The notes under the pieces: model-generated
What the model was told of the DNA's origin: nothing
Databases searched by the model: none
Seen by the model: the letters and a program-made list of their open reading frames with translations, nothing else
NCBI GenBank assembly: GCA_037133055.1
Contig: JBAXOY010000092.1
Location: 1 to 12,382 of the forward strand
Direction: 5' to 3'
DNA length: 12,382 nucleotides
Origin: Chlamydiota bacterium
GTDB taxonomy: Bacteria > Auribacterota > Tritonobacteria > UBA1439
Translations under genes and position numbers: made by a program
Shown: piece after piece, positions 7,591 to 12,382 of the stretch
How positions within the stretch are numbered: position 1 is the first letter of the stretch
Layout of the letters: the number at the start of each line of letters is the position of its first letter

Positions 7591-7857
7591 ATGACCACGG
7601 AGAAATTCACGCTCACGTGTCCGCAGTGCGGCGGCACGAAGTTCAAGGCAACAACCGCGAAGCCCGGCCCCGACACCCCCCTGACCTGCGCCGGGTGCGG
7701 AACGTCCATCACACTGGGGGCGGTGAAGGAGCGCATCGAACAGAAAGCGCGGGCCGCGATCGAAGCATCGATGTCCGGAAACACTCCAGCCGACCCATTC
7801 CCGCGCGCGCCGACGAGATTAAAACGCTTCTTCGGTTTTCGGGGACACTCTCGCTAA
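7591..7857 (+). CDS. Small Zn-ribbon protein (CxxC...CxxC), resembling phage-associated ECs_2282-type zinc-binding proteins
   Basis: FTLTCPQCGG...LTCAGCGTSIT followed by a charged helix. SD-like GGAAGGA directly before the ATG. The family name is from recollection only. Confidence 0.65.
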   Translation: MTTEKFTLTCPQCGGTKFKATTAKPGPDTPLTCAGCGTSITLGAVKERIEQKARAAIEASMSGNTPADPFPRAPTRLKRFFGFRGHSR

Positions 7858-7858
7858 C
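7839..7858 (+). repeat. 20-bp direct repeat, copy 2 (TCGGGGACACTCTCGCTAAC)
   Basis: Identical to 7558-7577; contains the stop codon of the Zn-ribbon ORF. Confidence 0.92.
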
Positions 7859-7869
7859 ACGTTCCGGGG

Positions 7870-9171
7870 CTATTCCCGGCGGTTCTTGAACTTCAGGCGG
7901 AGGGGGGCGCCCTCGAAGCCGAAGGCGCGGCGGAGGGAGTTCGTGAGATAGCTCACGTACTGGTCTTCGACGAGGTCCCGGTTGTTCACGAAGAGGGCGA
8001 AGGCGGGGGGTCTCACCTTGGTCTGGGCGGCGTAGTAGAGCCGGCAGCGCTTTCCCTTCAGCGAGGCGGGAGGGGTCCGCTCCCATGCCTGGTGGAGGAG
8101 CTTGTTGAGGATCGGCGTCGCGATCTGCCGCTGGGTCTGCTCCCGGACGAGGAAGAGAGTGTCGAGCGACCGTTCGATGCCGCGCCCGAGCATCGCCGAG
8201 AGGAAGACCACCGGGACATAGTTGAAGAACCGCATTTTGTCCCAGAGCGCCTCCCGGCACCGGCGCATGTCCCCGTCGCGGACGAGGTCCCACTTGTTGA
8301 CGCCGAGGACGCACCCCCTGCCCTCGTCGAGGATGGAGCGCGCGAGTTTCTCGTCCTGCACCGTCACGCCCTCGAGGGCGTCCAGTATCATGAAGGCCAC
8401 GTCGCAGCGGATCACGCTGGCGCGCGTGCGCGTGAGGCTGTAGTAGTCCGCCGCCTCTTTCAGCTTCCCCTCCCGCCGGATACCCGCCGTATCGATCAGG
8501 GTGAGTCCCTTCCCCCGCCATGCCGCGCGCGTGTCCACCGCGTCCCGCGTCGTCCCCGGGACCTTGTCCACGATCATGCGCTCCTCGCGGAGGACGGCGT
8601 TCACCCACGAGGATTTCCCGACGTTCGGCCGGCCGACCACGGCGATCCGAAGCGTCTCCGACTCCTCTTCGTCCCCTCCCTCCGGGAGCGTCGCGAGGAC
8701 CGCTTCCAGGAGGGCATCCATCCCCCGCCCGTGGGAGGCGGAGACGGGATAGAGGCCGGGGAATCCGAGCCTGTGGAACTCGCCCGACGCGGCATCGAGC
8801 GCCTCGTTGTCCGCCTTGTTGGCGACGACGATGACGCGCTTCCCGGCATCGCGCAGCAGCGCGGCGATCTCCCGGTCAAGCGGCACAAGCCCCTCTATCG
8901 CGTCCGTGACGAGGAGGACGGTGTCGGCCTGCTCGATCGCGAGCTGCGCCTGACGCTTCGCCATCTCCCGTATGTTGTCGGAGATGTCGAAGTCGATCCC
9001 GCCCGTGTCCACGATGGTAAAGCGCCGCCCCTCCCACGTCACCTGTGCCGAGATCCGGTCGCGGGTCATCCCGTAGGTTGGGTCGACGATCGCGATCCGC
9101 TTCCCCGCGAGGCGGTTGAAGAGGGCCGATTTTCCGACGTTGGGTCTCCCGACCAGGGCGACGGTGCGCAT
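7870..9171 (-). CDS. der: Ribosome biogenesis GTPase Der (EngA)
   Basis: Two G-domains (GRPNVGKS/TRD/DTGG/NKAD and GRPNVGKSS/GTTRD/DTAG/NKWD) and a KH-like tail ending FGFEGAPLRL. Confidence 0.98.
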   Translation of the reverse strand: MRTVALVGRPNVGKSALFNRLAGKRIAIVDPTYGMTRDRISAQVTWEGRRFTIVDTGGIDFDISDNIREMAKRQAQLAIEQADTVLLVTDAIEGLVPLDREIAALLRDAGKRVIVVANKADNEALDAASGEFHRLGFPGLYPVSASHGRGMDALLEAVLATLPEGGDEEESETLRIAVVGRPNVGKSSWVNAVLREERMIVDKVPGTTRDAVDTRAAWRGKGLTLIDTAGIRREGKLKEAADYYSLTRTRASVIRCDVAFMILDALEGVTVQDEKLARSILDEGRGCVLGVNKWDLVRDGDMRRCREALWDKMRFFNYVPVVFLSAMLGRGIERSLDTLFLVREQTQRQIATPILNKLLHQAWERTPPASLKGKRCRLYYAAQTKVRPPAFALFVNNRDLVEDQYVSYLTNSLRRAFGFEGAPLRLKFKNRRE

Positions 9172-9173
9172 TG

Positions 9174-9201
9174 CAGGGTCCTGGGTTCAGGGTTCAGGGT
9201 G
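9174..9201. repeat. Tandem 7-mer CWGGGTB x4
   Basis: cagggtc ctgggtt cagggtt cagggtg. Confidence 0.85.
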
Positions 9202-9211
9202 AAAAGCTTTT

Positions 9212-9247
9212 GTTCAAGCGGTTCAAACAGTTCAAGCCGTTCAAGCA
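9212..9247. repeat. Tandem 9-mer GTTCAARCN x4
   Basis: gttcaagcg gttcaaaca gttcaagcc gttcaagca. Confidence 0.9.
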
Positions 9248-9278
9248 GCGAGAAGGATTCTTCGTTCCCTCCATACCT

Positions 9279-9308
9279 ATCCGCGTTTATCCGCGGCGAT
9301 CCGCGTCC
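9279..9308. repeat. Tandem 10-mer ATCCGCGnnn x3
   Basis: atccgcgttt atccgcggcg atccgcgtcc. Confidence 0.85.
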
Positions 9309-9325
9309 AAACTTGGATTCAGCGT

Positions 9326-9892
9326 TCAGGTCGCCGCTTTGGTCCCGGATTCATGGATCTGCCGGAGCCCGTCCAGCAGGTAGCCGATGCCCGAAACGAC
9401 CGTAAAAATGGACGCCGCGTAAAGAAAGACGGAGACATACCGCCAGCCGCACAGGACCCAGGTGACGGTGAGCATCTGGAGCGTGGTCGCGCACTTCCCC
9501 GCGGCGCTCGGCCGCGGCGTCAGTGAGCCGCAGAGCATGTGGACCAGGAGAGACCCGAGGACGATGAGGAGGTCCCGGCTGATCACGAGCACGGGGAACC
9601 AGCTCGGGAGTTTCGTCAGGCGCCCCATGTGGACGCTGAGGATGACCACCGCCGCGAGCAGCAGGAGCTTGTCGGCCAGCGGGTCGAGGTACGACCCGAG
9701 GAGGGTCTTCTGGTTCCTCATCCTCGCGATCATGCCGTCAAGCGCGTCGCTCGCCATCGCGGCGGCGAACGCGGCGACCGCCCACCAATGGAACGCCTCG
9801 GCGCCCGTCTCCCGGTAGCGCAGCAGCGCCGCCACGAAACAGGGGATCAGCGCGATCCGGATGAGCGTGATGAGATTGGGGAGATTCAGCAT
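9326..9892 (-). CDS. pgsA: CDP-alcohol phosphatidyltransferase (PgsA-like), about 188 aa
   Basis: NLPNLITLIRI and SDALDGMIAR...LGSYLDPLADKLL (DxxDGxxAR...GxxxDxxxD), SRD, GKCATTLQM. Start ATG 9892 with SD AAGGGG. Substrate (PGP versus cardiolipin-type) cannot be determined. Confidence 0.85.
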   Translation of the reverse strand: MLNLPNLITLIRIALIPCFVAALLRYRETGAEAFHWWAVAAFAAAMASDALDGMIARMRNQKTLLGSYLDPLADKLLLLAAVVILSVHMGRLTKLPSWFPVLVISRDLLIVLGSLLVHMLCGSLTPRPSAAGKCATTLQMLTVTWVLCGWRYVSVFLYAASIFTVVSGIGYLLDGLRQIHESGTKAAT

Positions 9893-9905
9893 AAATAACC
9901 CCTTT

Positions 9906-10012
9906 GGGGTCAAATCTTTAATCTTGAATTTTTAACCCGTGCGGCATCGGATGTGGCGACCACCTGAGCCGGCAATAGGGAAAGGGACGGCCCGGCGGCA
10001 GAAAATTCAAGA

Positions 10013-10028
<16 letters not shown>
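9906..10028. mobile_element. 123-bp MITE/REPIN-like element with perfect 27-bp terminal inverted repeats
   Basis: GGGGTCAAATCTTTAATCTTGAATTTT (9906-9932) and its exact reverse complement (10002-10028) flank a 69-bp spacer. The arms are AT-rich in a GC-rich window. Mobility is inferred. Confidence 0.7.
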
Positions 10029-11745
<1,717 letters not shown>

Positions 11746-11749
<4 letters not shown>

Positions 11750-12382
11750 GGGACCTGCCGCTCTTCTTTCGGCGCCTCGTCGGGCACGGCCAGATGGGGC
11801 GCCTTCCTCAATCGGTCGAGGGCCTTCTCCTTCCCGACAAGGGCCATGGTCTCGAAGATGCCGGGCGTTTCCGTGCGGCCGGAAATCGCCACCCGCACGG
11901 GCTGTATCACCTCTCCCGGCTTCACTCCCCGCGCGGCAATGACGGCGCGCAGTTCGCGCTCGATTGTTTCAGGGGTGAACTCCCGGAGCGGCTCCAGCCG
12001 GGCGATGACATCTCCGAGGATGGCCGCGGCGCCCTCTTTCCGGATGTGCTTCCGGAATGCCTTTGGATCGACCATCGGCGCGTCGGTGAAGAAGTAGTGC
12101 GCCTTGTCCGCCAGGTCGCGAAGCGTCCTGAACCTCTCCCCCAGGAGACGGATCACGGCCTCCATCCTCGGCAGGGGGACCGATCCGGGGGCCACGCCGA
12201 AACCCCCGAGGTGCGGGAGCGCCATGCGCGCGATCTCCGCCGGCGGCTTTTTCTTGAAATACTGCATGTTCAGCCACTCGAGTTTTTTCGTGTCGAAGAC
12301 GGCGCTCTTCTTGTTCACCCGCTCGAGGGAGAAGGCGGCGATGAGCTCCGCGAGCGTCATGATCTCGCGGTCGTCGCCGGGG
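11746..12382 (-). CDS. gltX: Glutamate--tRNA ligase, C-terminal part; 5' end lies beyond the right window edge
   Basis: The frame is open to the edge: [38 protein letters not shown]...[31 protein letters not shown] (GluRS anticodon-binding domain). Stop overlaps the glnS start (ATGA). Confidence 0.93.

Noticed and set aside
7558..7869. Integron attC sites or a CRISPR mini-array at the 20-bp repeats
   Set aside because: CGCTAAC fits RYYYAAC poorly, with no paired GTTRRRY hairpin and no integrase. There are only two repeats, separated by a 261-bp coding spacer, and no cas genes.
9171..9383. 70-aa plus-strand ORF with FKR/FKQ/FKP repeats
   Set aside because: It is merely the translation of the DNA tandem arrays, has no SD, and is antisense to the operon.

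Overview
GC-rich bacterial chromosomal window, almost entirely minus-strand housekeeping genes. In transcription order (right to left): gltX (partial), glnS, a pgsA-like CDP-alcohol phosphatidyltransferase, der/engA, [plus-strand insert: brnT, brnA, small Zn-ribbon gene], plsY, gpsA, a 1012-aa secreted protein (LecA/PA-IL-like domain fused to a nucleotide pyrophosphatase/phosphodiesterase core), an M50 site-2 protease, tRNA-Pro(GGG), and a CHASE4-HAMP sensor (partial, missing from the ORF track). The unusual material is mostly between the genes. (i) A perfect 27-bp inverted-repeat element of 123 bp supplies the glnS stop codon. (ii) Two intergenic spacers are mosaics of 7-, 8-, 9- and 10-nt tandem repeats and share one 10-mer family. 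(iii) A perfect 20-bp direct repeat ends both brnA and the Zn-ribbon gene with identical RGHSR-stop, in a cassette-like arrangement inside the der-plsY junction. (iv) The tRNA 5' leader is fully complementary over 16 bp to its CCA end and trailer. All product calls come from motif recognition by eye; no searches were run.
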